57,021 nucleotides of DNA, from NCBI GenBank assembly GCA_044341215.1, contig JBIISC010000004.1:1-57021 (forward strand), read 5' to 3'. The position numbers and the translations under genes are program-made. Below are positions 22,087 through 32,184 of this stretch, piece by piece. The notes beneath the pieces are model-generated. The model ran no database searches and was not told where the DNA came from. It saw only the letters and a list, made by a program, of their open reading frames with translations. Numbering within the stretch: position 1 is the stretch's first letter; every line of letters starts with the position of its first letter. The stretch comes from Candidatus Nanopelagicales bacterium. GTDB taxonomy: Bacteria > Actinomycetota > Actinomycetes > S36-B12 > UBA5976.

Positions 22087-24335
22087 TTATCCGCCGCAAG
22101 AAAGATAGCCAAGACACCAATCCTGAGCCCCTAGAGATTTCATCAGAAACTGCAAAAGGAACATCACCTATAAATGAAGTGCCTTTTCATGAACTTGAAC
22201 AGATTGTTGAAGCGCGTCATCACAACCCACATTCAGTCTTGGGAGCGCACCTTTACAACAAGCATGTAATTTTTCGAGTAGTAAAACCATTTGCTGTCAG
22301 CGTCGTTATTACTGGTGGTGATTTTCGACTGCCGCTAACCCATGAACATCGTGGGATTTGGGTTGGCGCATTGGAAGTTGATTCAATTCCCGATTATCGA
22401 ATTGAATCTCGCTACGGTGAAGAAATCTTTATCACCGACGATCCGTATCGCTTTATGCCATGCATCGGTGAACTTGATCTTCATCTAATTCGAGAAGGCC
22501 GCCATGAAAAACTTGCAGATGCATTAGGTGCCAAGATCTTGACATTCCCCTCAATTCTCGGTGAAGTAAGTGGCACTGCATTTACCGTTTGGGCGCCAAA
22601 CGCCCAAGGCATACAAGTAGTTGGTGACTTTAATTCTTGGGATGGAATTGCCCATGCAATGCGCTCACTCGGTGCGAGTGGGGTTTGGGAAATATTTATT
22701 CCTGGCATTGGACATGGCACTAATTACAAATTCCGCATTACCGATCGCTCAGGGAATCAAACTGATAAAGCTGATCCAATGGCCAAGCACAGTGAAGTTC
22801 CACCATCTACCGCGTCAATAGTTTGGCAATCTCAGTATGTTTGGCAAGACAACTCGTGGATGGAACAGCGCCCTAGGGTCGATCACAGATTTGGCCCCAT
22901 GAGTGTTTATGAGATGCACCTTGGTTCGTGGCGCCAAGGCTTGAATTACCGTGAAGCCGCTTTCCAGATTCGAGATTACATTCTCGAACAAGGTTTTACT
23001 CATGTTGAATTCATGCCGCTGGCCCAACATCCTTATTCACCGTCATGGGGATATCAAGTAACTGGTTATTACGCAGTTGCTTCCCGCTATGGAGATCCAG
23101 ACGATTTGCGCTACCTGATTGATGTACTTCATCAAGCGGGCATCGGTGTGATCATGGACTGGGTACCTGCTCACTTTCCAAAAGATGCATGGGCACTTGC
23201 ACGATTTGATGGCACGCCCCTTTACGAACATGAAGATCCTCGACTGGGTGAACATCCAGACTGGGGAACTTACATTTTCAACTTTGGTCGACCAGAAGTA
23301 AAAAACTTCTTAGTTGCAAACGCTGTCTATTGGCTTAACGAATTCCATGTGGATGCATTACGAGTTGATGCTGTTGCATCGATGTTGTATTTAGATTATT
23401 CGCGCGAACCAGGACTTTGGGTGCCAAACGAATTTGGTGGCCGTGAAAACTTGGCTGCTGTTGAATTCTTAAAGGAAATGAATAGCATCGTTCACCTTCG
23501 TGCTCCAGGTGCTTTGACCATGGCAGAAGAATCAACTTCTTGGGCAGGAGTTACCACTCCAGTCGAATCGGGTGGACTTGGTTTTGACCTCAAATGGAAT
23601 ATGGGTTGGATGCATGATTCACTCGAATACATAAAGCACGAGCCAATACATCGGAAATTTCACCACAATGAAATGACGTTCTCACTTGTGTATGCATGGA
23701 GCGAGCAATTCATGCTGCCGCTTTCCCATGATGAAGTGGTTCATGGAAAAGGCTCATTAGTGGCACGTATGCCAGGAGATCGCTGGCAGCAACTTGCAGG
23801 CCTTCGCACTTACTACGGATTCATGTGGGCCCACCCTGGCAAACAATTGCTATTTATGGGTTCAGAGTTTGCCCAAAGTTCCGAATGGAATAGCCATTCA
23901 TCATTGGACTGGTGGCTGACTGATTTCGCAGAACATCGTGGAGTCAGAAACTGTATTCAGTCATTGAACTCAGTGTATAAAAACACACCCGCATTATGGG
24001 AACGAGATCACGAACCAGCTGGGTTTGAATGGCTAATCGGTGATGACGCTGAAAACAACGTGTTTGCTTGGTTGCGTTGGGGTCACAACGGACAAGTCAT
24101 CGCATGTGTGACAAATTTCTCACCAGTGCCTCGTGAATCTCATCGAATACCACTTCCATTCGCAGGAAACTGGAAGGAAGTACTTAATACCGATGCCAGT
24201 GAATTTGGCGGATCTGGTTTAGGCAATCTCGGTCGCATAGTTGCCGAAGAAGTTGCAATGCATGGAAAACCGGCCTCTGCAAACGTAGTGATTCCGCCAC
24301 TTGCAACTGTTTGGTTTGTTCCCGAAAATCAATAA
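22083..24335 (+). CDS. glgB: 1,4-alpha-glucan branching enzyme
   Basis: Motifs HHNPHSVLGAH, DWVPAHF, ALRVDAVASMLY and EESTSW. I chose the TTG at 22083, which has GAGGAG 6 nt upstream and a TTGA overlap with the glgE stop. The longest ORF begins at 22002, inside glgE. Confidence 0.93.
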   Translation: MIIRRKKDSQDTNPEPLEISSETAKGTSPINEVPFHELEQIVEARHHNPHSVLGAHLYNKHVIFRVVKPFAVSVVITGGDFRLPLTHEHRGIWVGALEVDSIPDYRIESRYGEEIFITDDPYRFMPCIGELDLHLIREGRHEKLADALGAKILTFPSILGEVSGTAFTVWAPNAQGIQVVGDFNSWDGIAHAMRSLGASGVWEIFIPGIGHGTNYKFRITDRSGNQTDKADPMAKHSEVPPSTASIVWQSQYVWQDNSWMEQRPRVDHRFGPMSVYEMHLGSWRQGLNYREAAFQIRDYILEQGFTHVEFMPLAQHPYSPSWGYQVTGYYAVASRYGDPDDLRYLIDVLHQAGIGVIMDWVPAHFPKDAWALARFDGTPLYEHEDPRLGEHPDWGTYIFNFGRPEVKNFLVANAVYWLNEFHVDALRVDAVASMLYLDYSREPGLWVPNEFGGRENLAAVEFLKEMNSIVHLRAPGALTMAEESTSWAGVTTPVESGGLGFDLKWNMGWMHDSLEYIKHEPIHRKFHHNEMTFSLVYAWSEQFMLPLSHDEVVHGKGSLVARMPGDRWQQLAGLRTYYGFMWAHPGKQLLFMGSEFAQSSEWNSHSSLDWWLTDFAEHRGVRNCIQSLNSVYKNTPALWERDHEPAGFEWLIGDDAENNVFAWLRWGHNGQVIACVTNFSPVPRESHRIPLPFAGNWKEVLNTDASEFGGSGLGNLGRIVAEEVAMHGKPASANVVIPPLATVWFVPENQ

Positions 24336-24337
24336 CT

Positions 24338-25243
24338 TTAGAACAAGGCGTTAGTGAGCTGCCGCCTTGCACTTCGCACTTCGTCAACTTCGCCAATTAA
24401 TAAGAAGAAATCAAGAAGTCTTTGTTTGATTTGTTCTAGCTCATCTGCAACAAAGATTTTCACACCGGCTATCAACAAATCAAATGCCGGTACAACCTGA
24501 CCCAACATCATGAGTGCATCTGCAACCTCTAGGTGCGCCTCAAGGTTGTCAAGGGATTTACCAACAACTGAATTGAAATCCACGCCATCTGTTCGCCTAA
24601 ACAGCCCCACTTGGATTACGCCTACTTTTGCTTCTTCATCTGCTGGCGCATTGTTTAGAACTTCGCGATAAACAGCTTCGGCAGCATCCCAATCCCCTGC
24701 CTCCATTGCATCAAAGGCTTTCACAAATCTTGGGTCTATTGGTTTTTCGCTTTCAGCCAGTTCTCCGGTTGAATTTAGCGGATCAATATCAGCACTTAAG
24801 CCGCCGAGTTCAGCCTTAGCCGCCACTTCAACTACTTGGTCGAAGATACTTCTAACTTGGGCTTCTGCAGGCACTTCGTTAAACAGTGGTTGAACTTGTC
24901 CATTTAAAAGTAAGTAGACCGACGGCAGAGTTTGAGTTTGAAAAGCCACAACAATTTGTGGGTTTGCATCAGAATCTACTCTGGCCAAAAAGATTTTGCC
25001 TTCGTATTCAATTGTGAGCTTTTCAAGTAGCGCAAAGGCTTGACTACTTGGCAAATCCTTATTGGAACCAATGCAAACGACTACTGGCACTTGTTTTGAT
25101 TTGAGCAATACTTCAGATTCAAAATTTTCTTCAGTGACATCAACTATAAATTGTGATTCAATTTTTGATGACGGAACAGCCTTCGCTCCTAGAGTGGAAA
25201 GATCAATGACACCATTTTGCATCTGCGGTTTTTGCACGTTCAT
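24338..25243 (-). CDS. Thioredoxin-fold plus TPR protein (YbbN/CnoX-like), lacking CXXC
   Basis: 301 aa with an N-terminal Trx-like fold (VPVVVCIGSNKDLPSSQ where WCGPC would be) and a helical TPR-like C-terminus. It sits next to glgB, as in mycobacteria. Confidence 0.8.
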   Translation of the reverse strand: MNVQKPQMQNGVIDLSTLGAKAVPSSKIESQFIVDVTEENFESEVLLKSKQVPVVVCIGSNKDLPSSQAFALLEKLTIEYEGKIFLARVDSDANPQIVVAFQTQTLPSVYLLLNGQVQPLFNEVPAEAQVRSIFDQVVEVAAKAELGGLSADIDPLNSTGELAESEKPIDPRFVKAFDAMEAGDWDAAEAVYREVLNNAPADEEAKVGVIQVGLFRRTDGVDFNSVVGKSLDNLEAHLEVADALMMLGQVVPAFDLLIAGVKIFVADELEQIKQRLLDFFLLIGEVDEVRSARRQLTNALF

Positions 25244-25292
25244 GGTTTTATTCTTCCACTTCTAATGAGATTCTCAACATGACATCAAATTC

Positions 25293-26054
25293 TCAACATA
25301 CTGGGCTTGAAACCTTGTTTAGGAAATCAATTACTGAATCCAAAGTTTCTTTCGGCTTTTCGATAGGGGCAAGGTGCCCACATTCACTCAATTCCACATG
25401 GATGCCATCACGAGCTGCATTCATAATCCTAGAATGATCCTCGCTACTTGCCACTACATCTTCGCCACCTCTAATTGAAAGAATTGGTCCATGGAAATCC
25501 GCAAGGACCTGGTGCGAGTCAGATCGTTTGCTCATAGCCCGTTGCAAATTCGCAACGCCATTAACTCGTGAATCTTGCATCAAAGATTTTGTGTATTCAA
25601 CGATTTCAGGAAATTTCTCCCAAGTGGTTTTACCGAGTGCATTTGGAAGCAATACTCTGCAGAAAGCTTCGGTATTTTTTGCTTCTTCAACCTGGCTTGC
25701 CACGTGTAATCGGTTTTCTCTTTGCTCTTCATTGTCGGCACTTGCTTTCGTGTCAATCAAAATGGCTGCTGCCACCCGTGACGGGGCAATCCGAATTAGC
25801 TCCATAGCAACGTAACCACCGAGTGAACAACCGGCAACTACGAAATTTGTGATTCCGTAATTGTCCATCAAACTCAAAACATCTTCAGCCAATACCCGCA
25901 AAGTCGGTTCTTGATCTGTCCAGTCTGCAGAACCACCACAACCGCGTAAGTCAGGTGTAAAAACTTGCCAGCCACTTATTGCAACGTCGTCTGCAATTCC
26001 ATCCCACATTCTGTGGTCAAGGGGAAATGCGTGTAATAAAACTATTGTTTTCAT
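25293..26054 (-). CDS. Alpha/beta hydrolase
   Basis: Nucleophile elbow GCSLGG and C-terminal ECGHLAPIEKP. The ATG at 26054 has an ATGA overlap with the upstream stop. Confidence 0.85.
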   Translation of the reverse strand: MKTIVLLHAFPLDHRMWDGIADDVAISGWQVFTPDLRGCGGSADWTDQEPTLRVLAEDVLSLMDNYGITNFVVAGCSLGGYVAMELIRIAPSRVAAAILIDTKASADNEEQRENRLHVASQVEEAKNTEAFCRVLLPNALGKTTWEKFPEIVEYTKSLMQDSRVNGVANLQRAMSKRSDSHQVLADFHGPILSIRGGEDVVASSEDHSRIMNAARDGIHVELSECGHLAPIEKPKETLDSVIDFLNKVSSPVC

Positions 26055-26824
26055 AAATCGCTCCACTTCTCCATTGGGCCATCCCAGTCAAGTGGTAGTG
26101 GGTATTTATTAGGAGCGACAATTTTGGCAATCTCATTCAAGGCAAACTTCACACTTTTTTCGCCCACCCAAAGATGTTTGGCTTCGGGTGCTGTAATTAC
26201 TTTCGCCTGCGGGATTACTGAAAAACTTTCACGAGCGGTATCAGGCTTGAGGTAGTCGTCAAACTCCGGAACCAAAGCCGTTAATGGTTTGCCCGAGACT
26301 TTCCAAGAATTTAGATCATTTTCATCTGTCCAACGCAGTGGCGGTGAAAGCAAAATAACTTCTTCAACCCCAGAAGTATTTGCATAACGCAATGCAACGT
26401 CTGTGCCAAAAGACCATCCGACAACATAGATTTTTGGTAAACCGTTGTCTATCGCAAATGCGATAGCTGCTTGCGCATCTAAACCTTCGCCAACACCTGC
26501 CGAGAATTCGCCTTCACTTTTTCCGGCGGGAGATTCAACACCACGAAAATTGAACCGAAAGATTGCAACATCAGCTAAAGCTGGAAGTCGCCAAGCCATT
26601 TTTCGAAATACATGACTGTCCATAAATCCGCCATGCGTTGGTAATGGATGTAAACAAATAATGGTGGCAGTCGGTTCTTTATCGAGTGGCTTGGCAATTT
26701 CTCCAACCAGCATCGTGCCGTCTATTGATGGGAAGTGCACTATCTCGCGCTTGGCAGGCAAAACACTATTTGCAACTATTTCAGGCACGAAAAGTCCTTT
26801 TAGTTTCCCGAAGCTCCATGGCAT
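26051..26824 (-). CDS. Alpha/beta hydrolase (second, unrelated copy)
   Basis: Nucleophile elbow GWSFGTD. The start is uncertain. The ATG at 26824 overlaps the secA 3' end by 25 nt. The alternative GTG at 26788 has AAAGGA 7 nt upstream. Confidence 0.8.
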   Translation of the reverse strand: MPWSFGKLKGLFVPEIVANSVLPAKREIVHFPSIDGTMLVGEIAKPLDKEPTATIICLHPLPTHGGFMDSHVFRKMAWRLPALADVAIFRFNFRGVESPAGKSEGEFSAGVGEGLDAQAAIAFAIDNGLPKIYVVGWSFGTDVALRYANTSGVEEVILLSPPLRWTDENDLNSWKVSGKPLTALVPEFDDYLKPDTARESFSVIPQAKVITAPEAKHLWVGEKSVKFALNEIAKIVAPNKYPLPLDWDGPMEKWSDL

Positions 26825-29484
26825 CGCTTGTATTTCTTACCCGACCCGCATGGGCATGGGCTATTGCGACTTGGACCGCCACTTGCACTCTTATCATGTG
26901 TTACATCACCTGATTCGCTTGGTGCGGAATAAGAAAGTTGACGTTTTTCTGGCTCAGTCGCACCGGCAACGATTACTTCTAATTCTTCATCTTCTTCGTC
27001 ATGTGCGACGGTCACTTTGACGTTGAACAAGAATCCAGCAACTTCTTCTTTCAAAGAATCCATCATCGCAACGAACAAGTCATAACCTTCGCGTTGATAT
27101 TCGATTAGTGGATCTCTCTGCGCCATTGCTCGCAAACCAATACCCTCTTGCAGATATTGCATTTCGTATAGATGTTCGCGCCACTTGCGATCGAGCACAC
27201 TTAATACGACTTTACGTTCAAGCTCGCGCGTAGCATCTGAACCCAAATCATTTTCACGTGCCGCGTATTTAGCAGTCAAGTCTTGCAATACTGCTTGCGC
27301 AACTTCTTCAGAGTCAAAATCACAATCTTGCGCAACCGCTTGGATGTCTACTCCGATTGGATAGATTTCCTTGAATGCGTTTGTTAAGCGATTGATATCC
27401 CAGTCTTCGTCGTACGAGCCGGAAGTTTCAGCTTCAACATAACCGTAAACCGTGTCTTTGAAGAAATCTTGAATTTGATCCGAAATGTCTTTTCCAGAAA
27501 GAACTTCTTTGCGTTCTCCATAGATAACTAAGCGCTGACGATTTAGGACTTCGTCATACTTTAAGACGTTCTTACGAATTTCAAAGTTGCTTGCTTCCAC
27601 CTGTGTTTGGGCGCTTTGGATTGACTTTGTAACCATAGTCGCTTCGATTGGCACATTGTCTGGCACGTTGAAACGAGTTAGGAAAGTATTGACCATTTCC
27701 GACTTGAATAGTCGCATCAGGTCATCTTCTAGAGATAAGTAGAAGCGGGATTCGCCTGGGTCACCTTGACGGCCAGCACGACCGCGTAACTGATTGTCGA
27801 TGCGTCGCGATTCGTGACGTTCGGTACCTAGAACATAGAGCCCACCGAGGCTTACAACTTCATTGTGCTCTGCTGCAACTGAAGCTTCTGCTCGCGCTAA
27901 TGCGTCTGGCCAAGCAGCGTTGTATTCGGCTAAATTTTCAATTGCGGACAAATTACGTTGTGCCAATTCGGTACGTGCAATGTGTTCAGAGTTACCACCA
28001 AGCATGATGTCTGTACCACGGCCAGCCATATTTGTTGCAACAGTCACTGCACCTTTGCGGCCAGCCATCGCAACGATAGAGGCTTCTTTCTCGTGGAACT
28101 TTGCATTCAAGACCTGATGTGGCACTCCCCGCTTCTTAAGCAAGCTAGAAACAATTTCACTCTTCTCGACACTAGTTGTGCCGACTAAGACTGGTTGTCC
28201 TTTCTCATGCCGTTCAACAATGTCTTCAATTACAGCCAAATACTTTGATTGTTCGGTACGGTAAACCAAGTCTGTTTGATCCATACGAATCATTTCACGA
28301 TTGGTTGGGATAGGCACTACACCTAGTTTGTAGATTTGATTAAATTCTGCAGCCTCAGTCATAGCTGTACCAGTCATACCTGCCAACTTGTCGTAGAGGC
28401 GGAAGTAGTTCTGCAAAGTAATTGTCGCCAAAGTTTGGTTTTCGGCCTGAACCTTCACACCTTCTTTGGCTTCTATCGCCTGGTGCATACCTTCACCGTA
28501 ACGACGCCCCGCCAATAGGCGACCGGTGTGCTCATCGACGATAAGGACTTCACCTTCCATGATGACGTAGTCGCGATCTCGTTTGTAGAGTTCCTTCGCC
28601 CGGATTGCATTGTTCAATAGACCAACTAGCGGAGTATTTACAGATTCGTAAAGGTTCTCGATACCGAATTCTTTTTCCGTTTTATCGATTGCACTTTCTA
28701 GAACTCCAACTGTTCGTTTTTTCTCATCAACTTCGTAGTCTTCAACAACATTTAATTTGCGGACGAAGCGAGCAAAATGTTCATACCAATCGTTCTTTTC
28801 GTTGGTCGGACCACTGATAATGAGTGGAGTTCTTGCCTCGTCAACCAAAATAGAGTCAACTTCGTCGACAATTGCGAAGTAGTGGTCTCGTTGCACTAAA
28901 TCATTTGGATTCCAAACCATGTTGTCGCGCAAATAGTCGAAACCAAATTCATTGTTTGTTCCATATGTGATGTCAGCAGCATAAGCAACGCGACGTTCTT
29001 GCGGATTCATGTTTGACAAAATGCAAGCAACTTCAAGACCGAGGAATCGATGGACTCGACCCATCCATTCGGAGTCGCGTTCAGCCAAGTAATCGTTGAC
29101 TGTTACAACGTGCACGCCAAGACCAGCAATTGCGTTTAGGTATGAAGGCAATGTTGCAACCAAAGTTTTGCCTTCACCGGTACGCATTTCGGCAATGTTG
29201 CCGAGATGCAAAGCCGCACCACCCATAATCTGAACGTCGTAGTGGCGCTGCCCTAAAACTCGCCAAGCTGTTTCACGCACTACCGCGAAGGCTTCTGGCA
29301 TTAAGGAATCAAGGTCTTCACCTTCGGCATAACGTGACTTAAATTCATCTGTTTTGGCGCGAAGTTGGTCGTCAGACAAAGCCTTGACCGCTGGCTCAAA
29401 TGTGTTGGTCTTATCTTTGATTCGCTCCAGATTGCGAAGGATCTTGCCTTCACCAATTCGAAGAATCTTGTCTACAACCTTCAC
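26800..29484 (-). CDS. secA: Preprotein translocase ATPase SecA
   Basis: 894 aa with MRTGEGKTL (Walker A), [19 protein letters not shown] and C-terminal Zn motif [17 protein letters not shown] start with AAGGA upstream. Confidence 0.98.
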   Translation of the reverse strand: MKVVDKILRIGEGKILRNLERIKDKTNTFEPAVKALSDDQLRAKTDEFKSRYAEGEDLDSLMPEAFAVVRETAWRVLGQRHYDVQIMGGAALHLGNIAEMRTGEGKTLVATLPSYLNAIAGLGVHVVTVNDYLAERDSEWMGRVHRFLGLEVACILSNMNPQERRVAYAADITYGTNNEFGFDYLRDNMVWNPNDLVQRDHYFAIVDEVDSILVDEARTPLIISGPTNEKNDWYEHFARFVRKLNVVEDYEVDEKKRTVGVLESAIDKTEKEFGIENLYESVNTPLVGLLNNAIRAKELYKRDRDYVIMEGEVLIVDEHTGRLLAGRRYGEGMHQAIEAKEGVKVQAENQTLATITLQNYFRLYDKLAGMTGTAMTEAAEFNQIYKLGVVPIPTNREMIRMDQTDLVYRTEQSKYLAVIEDIVERHEKGQPVLVGTTSVEKSEIVSSLLKKRGVPHQVLNAKFHEKEASIVAMAGRKGAVTVATNMAGRGTDIMLGGNSEHIARTELAQRNLSAIENLAEYNAAWPDALARAEASVAAEHNEVVSLGGLYVLGTERHESRRIDNQLRGRAGRQGDPGESRFYLSLEDDLMRLFKSEMVNTFLTRFNVPDNVPIEATMVTKSIQSAQTQVEASNFEIRKNVLKYDEVLNRQRLVIYGERKEVLSGKDISDQIQDFFKDTVYGYVEAETSGSYDEDWDINRLTNAFKEIYPIGVDIQAVAQDCDFDSEEVAQAVLQDLTAKYAARENDLGSDATRELERKVVLSVLDRKWREHLYEMQYLQEGIGLRAMAQRDPLIEYQREGYDLFVAMMDSLKEEVAGFLFNVKVTVAHDEEDEELEVIVAGATEPEKRQLSYSAPSESGDVTHDKSASGGPSRNSPCPCGSGKKYKRCHGASGN

Positions 29485-29559
29485 GCAATTCCTTACATTT
29501 ATAAATTTTTGATAAATCCTTGGTAAATGCTAAGCGACCTTTGCTATGCCTGTGTGCCC

Positions 29560-29565
29560 TACGCT
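29560..29565 (+). promoter_or_regulatory. -10-like TACGCT, 6 nt upstream of GTG 29572 (leaderless geometry)
   Basis: The sequence reads TACGCT CAGCCC GTG. Confidence 0.3.
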
Positions 29566-29571
29566 CAGCCC

Positions 29572-30750
29572 GTGAGTAAAACAGCACAGATTGTGAGCCA
29601 AAAGCAGGCCAAAAGGGCGATTTTGGGCGCTCAGGGGCTGCTAGCTCGGCCAGCACCTAAAACCTCGCTCAGGGCAGTCGTGGACCAACTTGGGGCTGTG
29701 CAGCTCGACACCATCTCTGTCTTGGCCCGCTCCCATGAACTTGTCGCACACGCTCGTCATGACGGTTTAAGTCGCGAATCAATCGAACAGGCCTATTGGA
29801 ATGGTGATTCTCATTTTGAGTACTGGTCTCATGCCGCCTGCATTTTGCCGATAGATCGATGGCCAATGTTTAGCTTTCGAAGACGGGCCAGTGCTTCGCG
29901 AGATATGTGGGATGGAGTGACGCGTAAATCCGTTAACCAAATAAAGAAACGACTTGCAAGCGAAGGTGGTTTAACCACAACTGATTTGGGCGGCGGTCGT
30001 AAATCTTCTGACTGGTGGGATTGGTCAGAAACCAAAAGCACCGTTGAATGGATGCTGGTGACCGGTGAAGTTACTTGCACAAAAAGAGTTGGCTGGCGAC
30101 GTGTCTATTCACTATCTGAGGATTCCATTCCCAAAAAGTTTTTCTACGATCTTCCTGACGACGAAGCTACTTATCAATTACTCCTTGACGCTACAAGAAG
30201 TTTGGGAGTTGGCACAATGAAAGACATTCTCGATATTCACAGATTAAAGAAATCCCCTGCTCTTACAAAAGCTTGGCAAAGGTTTAATGAAAGTAGTGAA
30301 ATAATTTCTTTCCAAGTTCCAAGTTGGACTGACACTTATTACGCTTTCAAAACTACCATTGAAAAACAAACTTCTTCTAAACCCAACAACGCGGTGTTGC
30401 TTTCTCCTTTTGATTCTCTGGTGTGGCACAGACCAAGGCTTGAAGAAGTATTCGGCATGGAATACCGAATAGAGGCATACACTCCAAAGGATCAGCGTTA
30501 CTACGGCTACTTTGCCATGCCTGTGCTTGTGGGTGATGAAATTGTTGCTCGAGTGGACCCAAAACGTAATGAAAAAACTTTAACGATTAATCGCGTCGTA
30601 TTTGAATCCGCGAAACCAACTGAAGCCCATATAGATGGGGTGGCAAAAGCTATTTTGCGGGCCGCAAAATGGGTTGCCTGCGACCAAGTAGAGATTGTTG
30701 ATGTGATCCCTAAAACTGCTCAAAGGAAACTAACTCAGCTTGTAAGTTGA
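29572..30750 (+). CDS. Winged-helix DNA glycosylase of the YcaQ/AlkZ (HTH_42) family
   Basis: The N-terminus AILGAQGLL...LGAVQLDTISVLARSHELV parallels E. coli YcaQ and includes a Q-x-D motif. The start is uncertain: the longest ORF starts at ATG 29527, while GTG 29572 fits the homologue length and a -10 element. Confidence 0.78.
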   Translation: MSKTAQIVSQKQAKRAILGAQGLLARPAPKTSLRAVVDQLGAVQLDTISVLARSHELVAHARHDGLSRESIEQAYWNGDSHFEYWSHAACILPIDRWPMFSFRRRASASRDMWDGVTRKSVNQIKKRLASEGGLTTTDLGGGRKSSDWWDWSETKSTVEWMLVTGEVTCTKRVGWRRVYSLSEDSIPKKFFYDLPDDEATYQLLLDATRSLGVGTMKDILDIHRLKKSPALTKAWQRFNESSEIISFQVPSWTDTYYAFKTTIEKQTSSKPNNAVLLSPFDSLVWHRPRLEEVFGMEYRIEAYTPKDQRYYGYFAMPVLVGDEIVARVDPKRNEKTLTINRVVFESAKPTEAHIDGVAKAILRAAKWVACDQVEIVDVIPKTAQRKLTQLVS

Positions 30751-31337
30751 TTTGGTTGCGGACTGAGATAACCCCACTGCACTGCCTGCCAAACCGCCTG
30801 CGCTCTTGAACTTGTATTGAACTTTGCTCCAATATGGCGCAAATGATTTTTTACGGTGCTTTCGCTTACTGAAAGTCTGTAGGCAATCGCTCGATTAGAT
30901 AAACCATCAGCAGCTAGTTGCAAAATGTGATGCTCTTGGGCTGTTAGATGCGGACGATTAGAAACCTTGGGCTTAGACAATATTGGAATCCCCAAGGATA
31001 AAACTAAAGTCTCTGGTGCTGCTTGCCAATTCACAATTTCGACATCAAAGTCGTGAATTAGGTGATCACGAGGAACTTCCTCACTACTCAGCATCCACCA
31101 GATCAACTTCACATCTAAGTCCACCTTGCGAATTCGTTCTAGTTGCGCTTGCATCGATTCCGCCGAGATGGCACTAACCAAAAACGCTGCATCTGGAATG
31201 CAATTCGCAATGATCGTTGGCGCATCTTCAAGATGATTACTTATTGCTGAAACCTTGATGTCGGCACGCATTGAGCGCAATTGATCGAGAAATGCATTTC
31301 GGTAAATCATTGGGCCGCATAGTGCGATTGAAAACAT
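30735..31337 (-). CDS. LuxR/NarL-type HTH regulator with degenerate (pseudo) receiver domain
   Basis: The C-terminal LTAQEHHILQLAADGLSNRAIAYRLSVSESTVKNHLRHI is a GerE/LuxR HTH. The N-terminal 130 aa have receiver-like spacing but no acidic pocket. SD is GGAGG. Confidence 0.8.
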   Translation of the reverse strand: MFSIALCGPMIYRNAFLDQLRSMRADIKVSAISNHLEDAPTIIANCIPDAAFLVSAISAESMQAQLERIRKVDLDVKLIWWMLSSEEVPRDHLIHDFDVEIVNWQAAPETLVLSLGIPILSKPKVSNRPHLTAQEHHILQLAADGLSNRAIAYRLSVSESTVKNHLRHIGAKFNTSSRAQAVWQAVQWGYLSPQPNQLTS

Positions 31338-31481
31338 TTTGCCTCCAGCAAAGTTCAGGTAAACGAACTCTGCCTGAAACCAAATTCAGAATTTCCCATA
31401 ATTGCAATCTGTGAGCGGATTGAGCAGAAACCGTGAACTTCTTGCGAGACGTTTAAATTTTCATTTCAGAAATTGCTAACA

Positions 31482-32132
31482 TCAATCAAAAACATTCCAG
31501 CGATCTTTAGCACCTAATCGGTAAGCAGTGGAAAGCACCAAAATTCCCGACACCTCATAGTTGTCACCAATCGCCCTGCGCATTTCTTTCATAGTCGATC
31601 CAGTAGTCCAAACATCGTCTAGGAGAAGGATGGGTATGCCACATTTAGGAGTAACTTCAAATACACCTTTGACATTTGCTCTTCGCTCAGCCGCATTTAG
31701 CCCGCGCTGATCTCGTGGCTCTCGCAAATAGCGACTGGTATCGCTTTGGTAATTCAAATCCCTATTTCGCTTTTGGAGTTCAAGTGCAAGATCTGAAACT
31801 GGATTGAAACCTCTAATCGCGAATGCTGATTTTCGTTGAGGCGGTGTGATGATTTGTTGAGGTTTTCCATTTAGCAGATTGGGTTCTGCACAAATCAGCA
31901 GATCAGCAAAGATGCGAGTCAATATTTTCAAATGCCGGTCTTTCCAACCTGCAATTGCTCGCATCATGGCTGGGTTTCGCTGCGAAACGGTCGATAGCTG
32001 AATGGTGCTTGTCAGGCCTAATGTTTTGGGAGAGAACTTGTTTCGACACCTAAGGCAGAAATAGTCCCCTAAATTGTTGCACCCAAAACAACATTTGACT
32101 TCAAGAAAGTTTAAAATTGATTGCATATGCAA
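31482..32132 (-). CDS. ComF-family phosphoribosyltransferase-domain protein
   Basis: N-terminal Cys cluster CCFGCN...FCLRCRN and PRPP loop ILLLDDVWTTGST. It lies next to lpqB, as in other actinobacteria. Confidence 0.85.
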   Translation of the reverse strand: MHMQSILNFLEVKCCFGCNNLGDYFCLRCRNKFSPKTLGLTSTIQLSTVSQRNPAMMRAIAGWKDRHLKILTRIFADLLICAEPNLLNGKPQQIITPPQRKSAFAIRGFNPVSDLALELQKRNRDLNYQSDTSRYLREPRDQRGLNAAERRANVKGVFEVTPKCGIPILLLDDVWTTGSTMKEMRRAIGDNYEVSGILVLSTAYRLGAKDRWNVFD

Positions 32133-32184
32133 ATAATGACAAGAACTTCAATGTGAAAAGATATCTTCTAAAAACTGTGGGTAA

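Noticed and set aside
31354-31378. Hairpin TTCAGG-13 nt-CCTGAA between the ComF-like gene and the LuxR-like gene, as a possible terminator.
   Set aside because: It has only a 6-bp AT-moderate stem with a large loop and no U tract, which is too weak to call. It sits just upstream of the LuxR-like GGAGG SD.
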